DNA of 64,000 nucleotides from Ignavibacteriota bacterium (lineage in GTDB: Bacteria; Bacteroidota; Ignavibacteria; UBA10030; UBA6906): the NCBI GenBank assembly GCA_963801355.1, contig CAWDEM010000008.1, positions 163,458-227,457 on the forward strand, in the 5' to 3' direction. Under the pieces are notes generated by a model, which was not told the DNA's origin, searched no databases, and saw only the letters and a program-made list of their open reading frames with translations. A program made the translations under genes and the position numbers. Below, one piece after another: positions 1-9,893 of this stretch; positions within the stretch are counted from its first letter, which is position 1; each line of letters starts with the position of its first letter.

Positions 1-11
1 GGAGATCGCAC

Positions 12-731
12 ATGACAGCCGTACCCCATTTTCCGGTACTGATCATCACCGGCCGGCCGGCGGCGGGGAAGTCGGAGGTGATAGACTTTCTCAAGAAGGC
101 CGATCCTGCCGACCGCCTCAGACGGTTCCACATTGCCGACTTTGAAGAGCTGGATGATTTCGTGTACGTATGGGAGACTTTTGAAACAGACGATATTCTC
201 ACCCGTCATGGAAAACAGCGGGTCTGGACGGATCCCAGGTACTACTTCACCGACGACTTCATCTGGAATCTGTACATCGAGCGCATCAGCCTCGAATACA
301 GGAAGAAGCTCGCTCGCGATCCGCATTATCACGAGTCGAAGACAACGCTCATTGAATTCGCACGCGGCGGGGAAAACGGGATTGCAGAAGCAATGAGTTA
401 CCTGCACGAGGATGTGCTGAAACGTGCCTGCTTAATCTACATCCGTGTGTCCTATGAGGAGTCCCTCCGGAAAAACCGCCGGCGCGCACGGAAAGGGCAG
501 GAAGATTCGATCCTCTACCACTCGTTGCCGGACGAGAAGATGGATTTCTATTACAGGACGAACGACTGGGAAAAGCTTGAGGCAAAAGACCCGCAATTCC
601 TTCAGGTCAAGGGGCACAAGATCCCTTATGCGGTCTTCGAAAACGAGCCGGAGAAGACCCACAAGCCGGAGTTGATTGCCGCGGAGCTGGAGAGGGTGAC
701 GGGAAGGTTGTGGGAGAGTATTGATGCCTAA
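12..731 (+). CDS. P-loop NTPase / kinase-like protein, substrate unknown
   Basis: 239-aa ORF with a Walker A motif (LIITGRPAAGKSEV) at the N-terminus. A GGAGA Shine-Dalgarno-like sequence lies at 1-5. No closer family is recognisable by eye. Confidence 0.55.
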   Translation: MTAVPHFPVLIITGRPAAGKSEVIDFLKKADPADRLRRFHIADFEELDDFVYVWETFETDDILTRHGKQRVWTDPRYYFTDDFIWNLYIERISLEYRKKLARDPHYHESKTTLIEFARGGENGIAEAMSYLHEDVLKRACLIYIRVSYEESLRKNRRRARKGQEDSILYHSLPDEKMDFYYRTNDWEKLEAKDPQFLQVKGHKIPYAVFENEPEKTHKPELIAAELERVTGRLWESIDA

Positions 732-2083
732 TGCCCCGCGGCCTTTCCTTGGGGGATCGCATTCCAGATCCGTCTCGTCAGAGCAAAGCCGGCAACGGCG
801 AAGGGAACAAGAAAGACCGGCCAGTACTGCCAGTTCCATGTGGTGATGAAGCCGAGCGACAATGACTGTACGCCCGTGCCGAGGTACACCAACCCGTCGA
901 TCAGGCCCACCGCGGTTGCCGCAGCCTTTTTCCCCCCGAAGTCCATAGTTGCGGTACCGCTGAGCATGCCGTGTGTGCCGATCACAGCCACCGAGACGAG
1001 GCACACGACGATGCCCAGCACGGTCGGGTTTCCGTACAGGGTGAAGATCATTGTGATTGTCGCTGCGAGCAGGACCGCATAAAAGATCCCTGCTACGGGT
1101 GCCCGGCGCGATCCGAACAGGTGGTCGGACATCCATCCGGCCAGCATCCCGCCGCCCGCGCCCGCGAGCATCAGCATCAGACCCCAGTGGTTCAACCAGA
1201 ACTGCCAGGAGCCGGCCACTCCGGGCCCGGCGGCGATCTGCTCCTTGGCGAAGATGGGGAACCAGTGCATCACCCCGTTCCGCAGGACGCCCGTGCAGAA
1301 CTCAATCATCCCGACGACAATGAGCACTTTGTTGGTGAAGATCCGCCGGAAGATATCTTTCAGATTGAACGGGGCATCAGCCTCGCCCGACGACGCATCT
1401 CCCGTGTTGAAGTCTTCGAATCCCGCCTCGCCCGGCGTATCGCGGAGCACAAGAAGATCAAGGAGCACCCAGAGGAAGAGGATTACGGCGGGGATGAAAA
1501 ACACAAGCCAGTACTGGGGATTGGCCGGGCTCATCTGCTCGGTGAAGTTCACGATGGCCTGACTCCAGTCGAAGGCAAAGTAGAGCCCGAGTGAGATGAG
1601 GATGCCGAAGATGCCGCCGAAGATTCCCCGTTCGCGCACGTGGAACCACGCCGCATTGACCTTCACAATTGCCACCGCGCCGTAACTCTGGAAGTACATG
1701 TTGAGGGCATAGACCACGGAGAATGCGACCGTCAAATTGAGCGTCCAGTTCAGCGAGAGGATCCCGTAGACGATGATGCCGAGGATGATATTCATCAGGG
1801 CGGATCCCGCCGCCCCGATCAGCATGGCGCGTTTGCCCCCTATCCGGTCGGTCAAGGGCCCGTTGATCAGGAACGAGAAAGCGTAGGTGATTGTACCCGC
1901 GGCGAAGATGATCCCGAAGGCCTCTTTGGGCATCAGGTCGCCCAGGGCATTCTTGGACACCGTGAGGTTATATCGCGCCATGTAGAGGAAGGCATACGTC
2001 AGGCCGAGAGGGAGCCAGTTGAACGCACGCCGGCGTCGATACGCGGCGGAATGGACCGGGCGACTGAGAGAAGTATCGGGCAT
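728..2083 (-). CDS. MFS transporter, organophosphate:Pi antiporter (GlpT/UhpC)-like
   Basis: Polytopic hydrophobic protein with the MFS loop signature GPLTDRIGGKRAM. The N-terminal region RRAFNWLPLGLTYAFLYMARYNL resembles GlpT/UhpC. Start placed at MPDTS (2083) rather than the longest ORF start (2143). Confidence 0.7.
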   Translation of the reverse strand: MPDTSLSRPVHSAAYRRRRAFNWLPLGLTYAFLYMARYNLTVSKNALGDLMPKEAFGIIFAAGTITYAFSFLINGPLTDRIGGKRAMLIGAAGSALMNIILGIIVYGILSLNWTLNLTVAFSVVYALNMYFQSYGAVAIVKVNAAWFHVRERGIFGGIFGILISLGLYFAFDWSQAIVNFTEQMSPANPQYWLVFFIPAVILFLWVLLDLLVLRDTPGEAGFEDFNTGDASSGEADAPFNLKDIFRRIFTNKVLIVVGMIEFCTGVLRNGVMHWFPIFAKEQIAAGPGVAGSWQFWLNHWGLMLMLAGAGGGMLAGWMSDHLFGSRRAPVAGIFYAVLLAATITMIFTLYGNPTVLGIVVCLVSVAVIGTHGMLSGTATMDFGGKKAAATAVGLIDGLVYLGTGVQSLSLGFITTWNWQYWPVFLVPFAVAGFALTRRIWNAIPQGKAAGH

Positions 2084-2231
2084 AGGGACAGTGGTGCGGT
2101 GTGAATGACGGGATAACCTGATCATTCCAATATACGCAAGCACAACCGCTTGAACAAGTCAGATTTTCTGAGTACACTGATTTGTTCTGCCGTGATGGAC
2201 CAGCCATAACGCCATTCAGGAAGCACACCGC

Positions 2232-3458
2232 ATGGACAAAGTCCTCGAACACACAGAATTGTACCGGCTTCCATGGACACTTCCCGATAATGCCATCAGC
2301 TGGCTTGAGCCGACGAGCTCGTGCAACCTGTACTGCGATGGATGCTACAGGAAGAACGACCCCAAGGGTCACAAACCCGTGGAAGAGATCCGGAAGGAAC
2401 TCGAAGTCTTCAAGAGCCTCCGCAAAACCGATGGAGTCTCGATTGCAGGCGGGGATCCGTTGACCCACCCGGAGATCGAACAGATCGTTGCTCTGGTGGC
2501 GGAGATGGGGCATAAGCCCATCATCAACACGAACGGGCTTGCGCTCACGATGGAGAAACTCCGGGCGCTGAAGAAAGCCGGTGTCGCAGGGTTCACATTT
2601 CATATTGACAGCGGCCAGAATCGTCCGCACATGAAGGGCAAGACAGAAGCCGAGTTGAACGAGTTGCGGCTCACGTATGCCCGGATGCTGGCGGAGGTGG
2701 GCGACATTTCCTGTGCGTTCAATGCCACCGTGTACGAGCACACGTTGAAGGACGTGCCGGAGATCGTCTCATGGGGTCAGGAGCACATCGACATTGTGCA
2801 TATCCTGGTATTCATCGCATATCGGGCAGCGCCTGTCTACAAGGGGTACGACTACTTCGTGGGCGGGAAGAAGATCGACATGACGCCGATCGCCTATGCG
2901 ATCCAGGAGGATCGCATGACCAGCATCATGTCAACAGATATCGTGACGGAGATCCGGAAGCGGTATCCGGACTTCATGCCGTCGGCCTACCTGAACGGCA
3001 CCGAGCGTCCCGATCACTTCAAGTGGCTGCTGACCATGCGCGTCGGCACCAAGAACAAGATCTACGGCTACACGGGGCCGAAATTCATGGAAATGGGGCA
3101 GACGCTTCACCATCTTCTGCGTGGGACGTATCTTGCGTACACCGCCACGAAGACACTCCGCCGGGGGAAATCGATGCTCCTGCTTTCACCCCTGGACCAC
3201 GGTCTCGCGAAAACCGCCAGCGCATATTTGCACGGGGTCATGCGGTCGCCCGGCGAGATGTTCCGGCGCCTGCACATGCAGTCGGTCATGATCATCCAGC
3301 CGGCGGATTTCATGGAAAACGGAGCCATCAGTATGTGTGACGGCTGCCCGGACATCACCGTGTATGACAACAAACTCGTCTGGTCCTGCCGGATGGAGGA
3401 ACTGATCAACTTCGGTGACTGGATCCGCCCGGTCATCGCTCAACCGGATCGGCAATAA
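2232..3458 (+). CDS. Radical SAM enzyme with C-terminal Cys-rich extension
   Basis: Canonical CxxxCxxC motif (SSCNLYCDGCY) near the N-terminus. GGDPLTHPE follows as a SAM-binding GGEP-like motif. The C-terminus has MCDGCPD...WSC. Confidence 0.8.
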   Translation: MDKVLEHTELYRLPWTLPDNAISWLEPTSSCNLYCDGCYRKNDPKGHKPVEEIRKELEVFKSLRKTDGVSIAGGDPLTHPEIEQIVALVAEMGHKPIINTNGLALTMEKLRALKKAGVAGFTFHIDSGQNRPHMKGKTEAELNELRLTYARMLAEVGDISCAFNATVYEHTLKDVPEIVSWGQEHIDIVHILVFIAYRAAPVYKGYDYFVGGKKIDMTPIAYAIQEDRMTSIMSTDIVTEIRKRYPDFMPSAYLNGTERPDHFKWLLTMRVGTKNKIYGYTGPKFMEMGQTLHHLLRGTYLAYTATKTLRRGKSMLLLSPLDHGLAKTASAYLHGVMRSPGEMFRRLHMQSVMIIQPADFMENGAISMCDGCPDITVYDNKLVWSCRMEELINFGDWIRPVIAQPDRQ

Positions 3459-3464
3459 TACATC

Positions 3465-4466
3465 ATGATCACCATCTATCAATTTCTCAACGGCGCCATC
3501 CGTACCATTGATCTGAAGGAATTGCACCGGTCGCTGCATGGGGAGGCGGGTGTCATCTGGGTGGACATGGAGAATCCGAAGGAGGCGGAGGAAGAGACGC
3601 TGCTCGTGTCGATCTTCGGTTTCCATTCACTTACCATTGAGGACTCCCAAAAGGGGAACGATCCGGAAGGACATCTCCCGAAAGTAGAGGATTTTGGCGA
3701 CTATCTGTTCATCATCTTCAATCCCGTTGAAGGGGTCATGGAGACCGAAGATGAGGATGCCATGTTCCGGATGGAAATCCGCACATCCCAGCTGAGTGCA
3801 TATTTGACTTCCCGGGTGCTGGTAACCCACCACTATACGCCGCTCCGGTCAATCACCAACGCGATGCAGCTCCTGACAAAAAACCCGCTGACGCTCGGGA
3901 AGGGGCCGGATTTTCTTTTCCATTTCATTATTGACGACATCGTCGACAACTACACGCCGATTCTCGACAAGCTGGATGATGCCATTGATGCAATGGAAGA
4001 CGAGGTCTTCCAGAAGCCGTCGACGAAATCGATGGTGCGCATTCTGCACCTCAAAAGGAACATCATGACCATACGGCGGGTTGCCGTGTACCAGCGCGAG
4101 ATGCTCAGCCGGTTGTCGCGGGGCGAATTTGATCTGATCAACCGCGACGAGATGATCTTCTATCGGAACGTGTATGATCATCTCGTGCGTATGACGGACA
4201 TGGCGGACTCCTACCGCGATATTGTTACATCCCTGCTGGATGCCTATCTCTCGGTGACGTCGAACCAGTTGAACCAGGTGATGAAGGTCCTGACGATCAT
4301 TTCGACAATATTCCTGCCCCTGAGCGTTATCACGGGTTTTTTCGGCATGAACTTCGTTCACCTGCCGCTCGCCAGCTGGGAGTACGGTGTCTCGATCACT
4401 GCGGTATTCATGCTTGTCGTGGCGTGGGGGATGCTGTGGATGTTCAAACGGAACAAGTGGATGTAG
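3465..4466 (+). CDS. corA: CorA-family magnesium/cobalt transporter
   Basis: GMN signature (FFGMNFVHLP) lies between two C-terminal TM helices. Length is about 330 aa with an acidic N-terminal cytoplasmic domain. Confidence 0.85.
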   Translation: MITIYQFLNGAIRTIDLKELHRSLHGEAGVIWVDMENPKEAEEETLLVSIFGFHSLTIEDSQKGNDPEGHLPKVEDFGDYLFIIFNPVEGVMETEDEDAMFRMEIRTSQLSAYLTSRVLVTHHYTPLRSITNAMQLLTKNPLTLGKGPDFLFHFIIDDIVDNYTPILDKLDDAIDAMEDEVFQKPSTKSMVRILHLKRNIMTIRRVAVYQREMLSRLSRGEFDLINRDEMIFYRNVYDHLVRMTDMADSYRDIVTSLLDAYLSVTSNQLNQVMKVLTIISTIFLPLSVITGFFGMNFVHLPLASWEYGVSITAVFMLVVAWGMLWMFKRNKWM

Positions 4467-4511
4467 TGTCCGAAATACTCTATGCAATGAATCCCGGGCG
4501 ATTGATGCCAA

Positions 4512-5660
4512 ATGACAACTTCTCCCATTCAGATCCCGGCGTGTAAGCACTTCACCGGGTACAAGCCCTGTTTCCCGGGTGAAAACTGCCTGCAGGAGTG
4601 CGTGCAGCCCGAGCCCATCGGCACGAAAATCCTCATCGTCAACCTAGACGCAATGGGGAATGTCCTTCTGACGACGGCGTTGCTCCCGGCGCTCAAGCGG
4701 CAGTATCCCGAAAGCACGATTTCCTGGATCACGCTGAAGAATGCGGCACCGCTGTTACAGGAGAATCCGCTTATCGACCGGGTATATCTCTGGGAGCCCG
4801 ACAGCTGGCTTATCCTGAACCGGATGACGTTCGATCTTGTGCTGAACATCGACAAATCCCAGCGCGCCGCAGCGTTCACGATGGGAGTGACCGCACGAAA
4901 GCGCAAAGGATTCGGGTTGAATGATGACGGGAAGATCATCCCGCTGAACGCGGCCGCGGTGGAAAATTTCCGTCTCGGGTTGGATGACCATCTCAAGTTT
5001 CACGTGAATCAGAAAACCGTTTCCCAGCTGCAATGCGAGGAATTTGGACTGGAGTTCCGCCGCGACGAGTACTTGCTCGTGCTCACGCCGGAGGAGCGGG
5101 CGTTTTGCGACGAGTACAAAGTACAACAGGGTCTTGACCGGGCCGCCCTCGTGGTGGGTTTCAATACGGGGTGTTCGGAACTCTACCCGAACAAGAAAAT
5201 GACAGTTGAGCAACACGTGCAGCTGATTGAGCGGCTGGCGGGCATTGAGGGTGTCCGCCTCCTCTTGCTCGGCGGGCCGGAAGACACGATCAGGAATGCG
5301 GAGATTGCCCGTCGGGTCGGCAGCAAGGTCCTCAGTACCCCGACGACGGAAGGGGTACGTCAGGGTCTGTGCTACATTAATCTCTGTGACCTCGTGATCT
5401 CGGGCGACTCCTTCGGCATGCACGCGGCCATCGGGCTGAAGAAGGAGATTGTCGTCTGGTTCGGTGTGAGTTGCCCAGCGGAGATCGATCTCTACGGCCG
5501 CGGTGTCAAGCTCATTCCCGAAGGACTCGCCTGCGCGCCCTGCTGGAAGCGCGTCTGCCCCTTCAACCTCGAGTGCATTCAGCAGATCGATCTCGACGCG
5601 ATCGTCCGGCACGCGGAGAGTTTTCTCGCACGGCGTGCGGGATCTCCGTCCGCCCGATGA
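4512..5660 (+). CDS. Glycosyltransferase family 9 (heptosyltransferase-like)
   Basis: KILIVNLDAMGNVLLTTALLPALKRQYPESTISWI matches the GT9 N-terminal consensus. GDSFGMHAA is the GT9 C-terminal motif. Extra Cys clusters are present at both termini. Confidence 0.75.
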   Translation: MTTSPIQIPACKHFTGYKPCFPGENCLQECVQPEPIGTKILIVNLDAMGNVLLTTALLPALKRQYPESTISWITLKNAAPLLQENPLIDRVYLWEPDSWLILNRMTFDLVLNIDKSQRAAAFTMGVTARKRKGFGLNDDGKIIPLNAAAVENFRLGLDDHLKFHVNQKTVSQLQCEEFGLEFRRDEYLLVLTPEERAFCDEYKVQQGLDRAALVVGFNTGCSELYPNKKMTVEQHVQLIERLAGIEGVRLLLLGGPEDTIRNAEIARRVGSKVLSTPTTEGVRQGLCYINLCDLVISGDSFGMHAAIGLKKEIVVWFGVSCPAEIDLYGRGVKLIPEGLACAPCWKRVCPFNLECIQQIDLDAIVRHAESFLARRAGSPSAR

Positions 5661-6505
5661 GGTTATTTCTCTGCATACTCCTGCTGGCGGCACAGTCGCT
5701 GCCGGCCCAGGACACGCTCACCGCACATTCTGCGCCTCCTCCGGACTCCACCTGGTCCACCCGAAAAATCGTTGCCACCACTGCGGTCGGAGGGCTGTTC
5801 GCCGGTTCGCTGGCCAGCTCGTATTACGATTGGTGGAAAGGCTCTTCCGATCACTTCCATTTTGTCGACGACGGACTGTTCACAAACTACTCCCTGGGTA
5901 TCGACAAGATCGGTCATGCCTATACGTCCTACTTCTATTTTCACTCGTTCCGGAATGTCATGCTCTGGGGCGGGTATGACAGCTCGACGGCGTACTGGGT
6001 TGCGGCGGGGGGGTCTGCGTTTTTCGCGCTCTCCATAGAGATCGGCGACGGGTTCAGTCCGTTCGGCTTTTCGCTGTACGATTTCGCGTTCAATCTGGGC
6101 GGGCTCGGCTTCGCAATGGCCCAGATTGCCGTGCCGTTTCTGCGCAATATATCACTGAAGTGGTCGTACGTGCCGGCCGGGGGATACCGGTGGCCCCCCC
6201 ATTTCACCGATCACTACGATGCACATACCTACTGGTTGACATTCAATGTCCATAATCTGTTGCCGGCGGATTGGCGGGAGTACTGGCCCGAATTCATCCA
6301 GCTGGCGGTCGGCTACGGAGTGGATGAGAGGATAGCAAAAAGAGAAGCGGTGTTCGGGCTGGACATCAACCTCGACGTGTTACATGTGGAGAATCCGGAG
6401 TTGAAGTTGTTGCAGCAGACAGTGACAATGATCCACCTCCCCTCGCCGGCGGTGAAGTTCACCGAATGGGAGAGACCCCGCTGGTACGCGGTGCACTGGA
6501 ATTGA
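5657..6505 (+). CDS. DUF2279-like secreted/periplasmic protein
   Basis: ATG at 5657 overlaps the GT9 stop codon (ATGA coupling). Signal peptide MRLFLCILLLAAQSLPAQD. GIDKIGHAY motif (DKxxH), as I recall for DUF2279. The longer track ORF from 5471 is an overlapping extension. Confidence 0.5.
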   Translation: MRLFLCILLLAAQSLPAQDTLTAHSAPPPDSTWSTRKIVATTAVGGLFAGSLASSYYDWWKGSSDHFHFVDDGLFTNYSLGIDKIGHAYTSYFYFHSFRNVMLWGGYDSSTAYWVAAGGSAFFALSIEIGDGFSPFGFSLYDFAFNLGGLGFAMAQIAVPFLRNISLKWSYVPAGGYRWPPHFTDHYDAHTYWLTFNVHNLLPADWREYWPEFIQLAVGYGVDERIAKREAVFGLDINLDVLHVENPELKLLQQTVTMIHLPSPAVKFTEWERPRWYAVHWN

Positions 6506-6512
6506 GCCGGGG

Positions 6513-7460
6513 CTATGCCTTCTGTTCTTTCCTTGCCTCGGTGAAGATCTTGCTCACCATCGCCACGAAGCCGGCGGCATCAGAGAGATTCGAAGGGATG
6601 ATCATCGTATTCGAGGTTTTCGCCAGCTTACCGAATTCTGAGATGTAGGCTTCGGCGATCCTCAGATTCACCGCATCCGAACCGCCGCGCTCGTTGATGG
6701 CGTTTGCGATTTCGCGGATCCCCTTGGCCGTTGCCATGGCCACGCGCTCGATCTCCTGCCCCCGTCCCTCCGCCTCATTGATGCGCTTCATTTTCTCGCC
6801 CTCGGACTTGGCGATGGCTTCCTGTTTGTCACCCTCTGCGCGGTTGATCTTGGCCTGTTTGTCTCCTTCCGACTCCGCTATCAGTGCCCGCTTCTCGCGC
6901 TCGGCGCGCATCTGTTTCTCCATGGCATCTTTGATGCTGACCGGCGGCTGAATATTCTTGATTTCATAGCGCGTGACTTTTAATCCCCAGGGCTCGGCTG
7001 CCTTGTCGATGGCCGAGACCACTTCGTGATTGATCTTCTCGCGTTCTTCGAAGCTCCTGTCGAGTTCAATCTTCCCGACCTCGCTGCGCATGGTCGTCTG
7101 GGCGAGCTGTACCGATGCGAAGGCGTAATCGCTTACACCGTAGGAGGTCTTGACGGGATCGATGATCTGGTAGTACAGGACGCCGTCCACTTCCACCTGG
7201 ATATTATCCTTGGTGATACAGATCTGAGGAGCCACATCGATGGCGATCTCCTTCAGTGAGTGCTTGTAGGCGATCCTGTCGATGAACGGCACAAGGATAT
7301 GGAAGCCGGCTTCGAGGGTACGGCTGTACTTGCCGAGGCGCTCAATAATAAACACCGTCTTCTGTGGCACGACACGCGCCGTCTTGATCAATATGATGAA
7401 CGCGACAAGAATCAGCCCGAGAATGATGAGCATCTGCACTGCGCTGGCCTTTTCTTCCAT
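6513..7460 (-). CDS. SPFH/band-7 (stomatin/paraslipin-like) protein
   Basis: N-terminal TM helix followed by an SPFH core (VPQKTVFIIERLGKYSRTLEAGFHILVPFIDR...). A charged coiled-coil tail (AEREKRALIAESEGDKQAKINRAEG) is present. Confidence 0.9.
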   Translation of the reverse strand: MEEKASAVQMLIILGLILVAFIILIKTARVVPQKTVFIIERLGKYSRTLEAGFHILVPFIDRIAYKHSLKEIAIDVAPQICITKDNIQVEVDGVLYYQIIDPVKTSYGVSDYAFASVQLAQTTMRSEVGKIELDRSFEEREKINHEVVSAIDKAAEPWGLKVTRYEIKNIQPPVSIKDAMEKQMRAEREKRALIAESEGDKQAKINRAEGDKQEAIAKSEGEKMKRINEAEGRGQEIERVAMATAKGIREIANAINERGGSDAVNLRIAEAYISEFGKLAKTSNTMIIPSNLSDAAGFVAMVSKIFTEARKEQKA

Positions 7461-7472
7461 GGTGTCCTCTCC

Positions 7473-7931
7473 TTAGGATACGGGTTTGACGCGCAAGACG
7501 AGACTCTGTTGGGCGATGATTTCCACCGGCTGGCCGGCGGCGATCGGCGTGTCGGATTCCGCATTCCATGGTGTGCCGTGGAATTCCACCTGACCGCCGG
7601 GCATGTTCGGGTTGATGGGGGAGATCGTGACGGCGCGCTGCCCGCGAATGTCGTCCAGAGATTCCCCGGGTTTCATGGCTCTTGTCACGTCGCCCTTGAA
7701 GTACTTTTGCCCCTTCTTTCTGAAGAGCACTAGCGACAGGACCGAGGAGATGAGGAAGACGAGGAGCTGGGCGTTGAGCCCGGGGAGGAGTCCGAAGGCT
7801 GCAAGCGCCGCCGTGATCCATGCACCGATGCCGAAAAAGACGATAACGAAACCGGGCAGTATCAATTCCGAGAGGAGCAACACGAGGCCGATAATGAACC
7901 AGAGGAGTTCGGCATTGGTCGAGTCGAACAT
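7473..7931 (-). CDS. NfeD-family membrane protein
   Basis: Three N-terminal TM helices plus a C-terminal OB-like soluble domain (GQVEFHGTPWNAESD). Lies 12 nt upstream of the SPFH gene, the classic NfeD-SPFH pairing. Confidence 0.8.
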   Translation of the reverse strand: MFDSTNAELLWFIIGLVLLLSELILPGFVIVFFGIGAWITAALAAFGLLPGLNAQLLVFLISSVLSLVLFRKKGQKYFKGDVTRAMKPGESLDDIRGQRAVTISPINPNMPGGQVEFHGTPWNAESDTPIAAGQPVEIIAQQSLVLRVKPVS

Positions 7932-7957
7932 GGCGAAGCCTCTTCAGTTGTGTGTCG

Positions 7958-8914
7958 TCAGAACTCTACTCTCACTGCAATGGTATGTCCGTTGCCAAGA
8001 TCATCCGCCAGGCGGCTGAAGCCGTAATCGACGCCGAAGACGCCGTACTGAATCCCGCCGCCCAGGCTGAGCCCCCGGCCGGTGGACCCGAATTGATATC
8101 CGGAACGGAGAAAGAATGTGTTCTTGAATCCCCACTCGCCGCCGATTCTGGCAAGGAATTGCGATTCGGCGAAGACATGTTCGACGTCCGCAGCCAGAAT
8201 CGTCGTGGAGAAGAGATCGGGGAGATCGAATGCATAAGCGGCCCCCGCGCGCATCAGGGCGGGAAGCTCCAGTGGCTCACTCCTGAATTTCGACATGGAA
8301 CCGATATTGGCAATCACCGCACCCACGGTCAAGCCGTCGGCCAGGCCGTCGTACTGAACGCCCGCGTCCAGGGCTGCACCCTGCGCGTCGTCCACGAGAA
8401 TCTGTTCGTAGAGATAGCGCGCTGTGAAGCCGGCCCGCAGGCCGGGCTCGATCTCGTAACAATATGAAAGCCCGACAGCGAGATCGCGCGAGGAAAATGT
8501 CCCCTGGGATTCCCCGGGCCGGGTGCGGATCTCGATATCCGGTACCGCGCTAGTGAGAACAGAAACCCCCAGGGAGTGCTGTCCGCCGAGGCTCATCCGC
8601 GCTGCAAGAAACTCGGTGCGGGTGTCCTGAATCCATTCCTTGTGCATAAAGAGAAGATCGGAACTACTCCCGGAAGAAGTGCCGGCACGGAGCCCGGCGG
8701 GATTGTAGAACGTTGCCGCTGCGCCGCGGACGGCCCCTGTCATGGCGTCCCCCATCGCCACTCCCCGGGCGGATGTGCCCAGTTTCATGAATGCCAGTCC
8801 GGTTGCACCGGCGCCCGCACGCGCGTGTGTTCCGGCGGCGAGGAGCAGAGACATCAGGAGAAGAGCAAAACAAGCTCCCCGCGACAACACAAAGGATGTT
8901 GGATCACGGTGCAT
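7958..8914 (-). CDS. PorV/PorQ-family outer-membrane beta-barrel (paralog 1)
   Basis: Signal peptide followed by GLAFMKLGTSARGVAMGDAMTGAV...FYNPAGL. Shows an alternating beta-strand pattern and ends ..AVRVEF with a terminal Phe. Start placed at ATG 8914, because the longest ORF (8989) would overlap the upstream gene. Confidence 0.6.
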   Translation of the reverse strand: MHRDPTSFVLSRGACFALLLMSLLLAAGTHARAGAGATGLAFMKLGTSARGVAMGDAMTGAVRGAAATFYNPAGLRAGTSSGSSSDLLFMHKEWIQDTRTEFLAARMSLGGQHSLGVSVLTSAVPDIEIRTRPGESQGTFSSRDLAVGLSYCYEIEPGLRAGFTARYLYEQILVDDAQGAALDAGVQYDGLADGLTVGAVIANIGSMSKFRSEPLELPALMRAGAAYAFDLPDLFSTTILAADVEHVFAESQFLARIGGEWGFKNTFFLRSGYQFGSTGRGLSLGGGIQYGVFGVDYGFSRLADDLGNGHTIAVRVEF

Positions 8915-8921
8915 GATTTCC

Positions 8922-9893
8922 TCAGAACGCCACAGAAACGGTAATGACATGGATGTCCGCCGGGGAGAAGGGTTCGATGATGAAGGCATAATGCACAGCG
9001 GGCGTCCACCCGCTCATCGGCTGCCTGAATGTGAATCCCACGGAAGGTTTGATGCCGTTGCCTTTTTCCTTGAGATCCATCCGGTCCACCCCGGCGCGGA
9101 CGGAAATCTCGGGAAGGATGGAGAATTCCGCTCCAGCCCGCGCGAGGACGGATGCCTTGTTGCTGAATTCCACTTCGGCACCGATGATACCCAGACTGTC
9201 CGGCAATTGATACGACAGCGCCGCGGTGTAGAGTTGCGGCAAGGGTGCCTCGCTGGTCTGCCCGCTCTGGCCAAAGAGCGTTCCGGTGTCCCATTTGTAG
9301 CGGGAGTTGAAATTGCGCACCGTAAACGCCGCGCCAAGCCGCGGGGTAACCAGGTAGTAGGCCCCGAAATCGAATCCCACAGTGGTGGACGCCACATCGG
9401 TGTAGAGATGGTAATAGTGCAGCTTCACATTTATGCCGGCACTGAACTCCGGACTGAATCGTATGCCGAAGCCGAGGAAGAACAGGTTTTCCGATGTCCG
9501 CAGGGCACCGGTTTGCTCGCCGTCCCCGTCCCGTCCATCGATGTCGTGGACTCCCGAGTTGATCACGTTGATGGCAAGCCCCGCTTTCGGCGGGAGGGGC
9601 ATTGCATACGACAGGAAATTGAGAGAGCGGTCAAGGCTGAGAATTCCCATCGAAGCAGATCCCGAGCGGGATTCGGCAAACGGAAGCAGCGCCGGATTGT
9701 AATAGCTCGTCGGGTCACCCGTTGTCACAGCGGACAGGGCATTGCCCATTGCCATGCCCCGCGCGCCGAAGCCCATTCGTCCCATTGCGCCGGGTTGACC
9801 GGCGAGCTGCGCGTGGGCTACGGATAAAGCGCATGGTGCGGCAAACACCGCGATCAAGAAAATGCGAACGAGTCCCGGATACAGGCGGTTCAT
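8922..9893 (-). CDS. PorV/PorQ-family outer-membrane beta-barrel (paralog 2)
   Basis: Signal peptide LIAVFAAPCALSVAHAQ followed by MGFGARGMAMGNALSAV..YYNPALL. Ends ..VSVAF. ATG 9893 forms an ATGA overlap with the stop codon of the upstream gene. Confidence 0.6.
   Translation of the reverse strand: MNRLYPGLVRIFLIAVFAAPCALSVAHAQLAGQPGAMGRMGFGARGMAMGNALSAVTTGDPTSYYNPALLPFAESRSGSASMGILSLDRSLNFLSYAMPLPPKAGLAINVINSGVHDIDGRDGDGEQTGALRTSENLFFLGFGIRFSPEFSAGINVKLHYYHLYTDVASTTVGFDFGAYYLVTPRLGAAFTVRNFNSRYKWDTGTLFGQSGQTSEAPLPQLYTAALSYQLPDSLGIIGAEVEFSNKASVLARAGAEFSILPEISVRAGVDRMDLKEKGNGIKPSVGFTFRQPMSGWTPAVHYAFIIEPFSPADIHVITVSVAF

Noticed and set aside
12-731. P-loop kinase as a toxin (zeta/AAA-like) of a toxin-antitoxin pair
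   Set aside because: There is no small partner ORF upstream within the window or downstream. The downstream gene is convergent. Only a Walker A motif is recognisable, so there is no support for a TA call.
5471-5656. N-terminal 62 codons of track ORF 5471-6505
   Set aside because: They overlap the GT9 gene 3' end in another frame. The ATG at 5657 gives a clean signal peptide and ATGA coupling.
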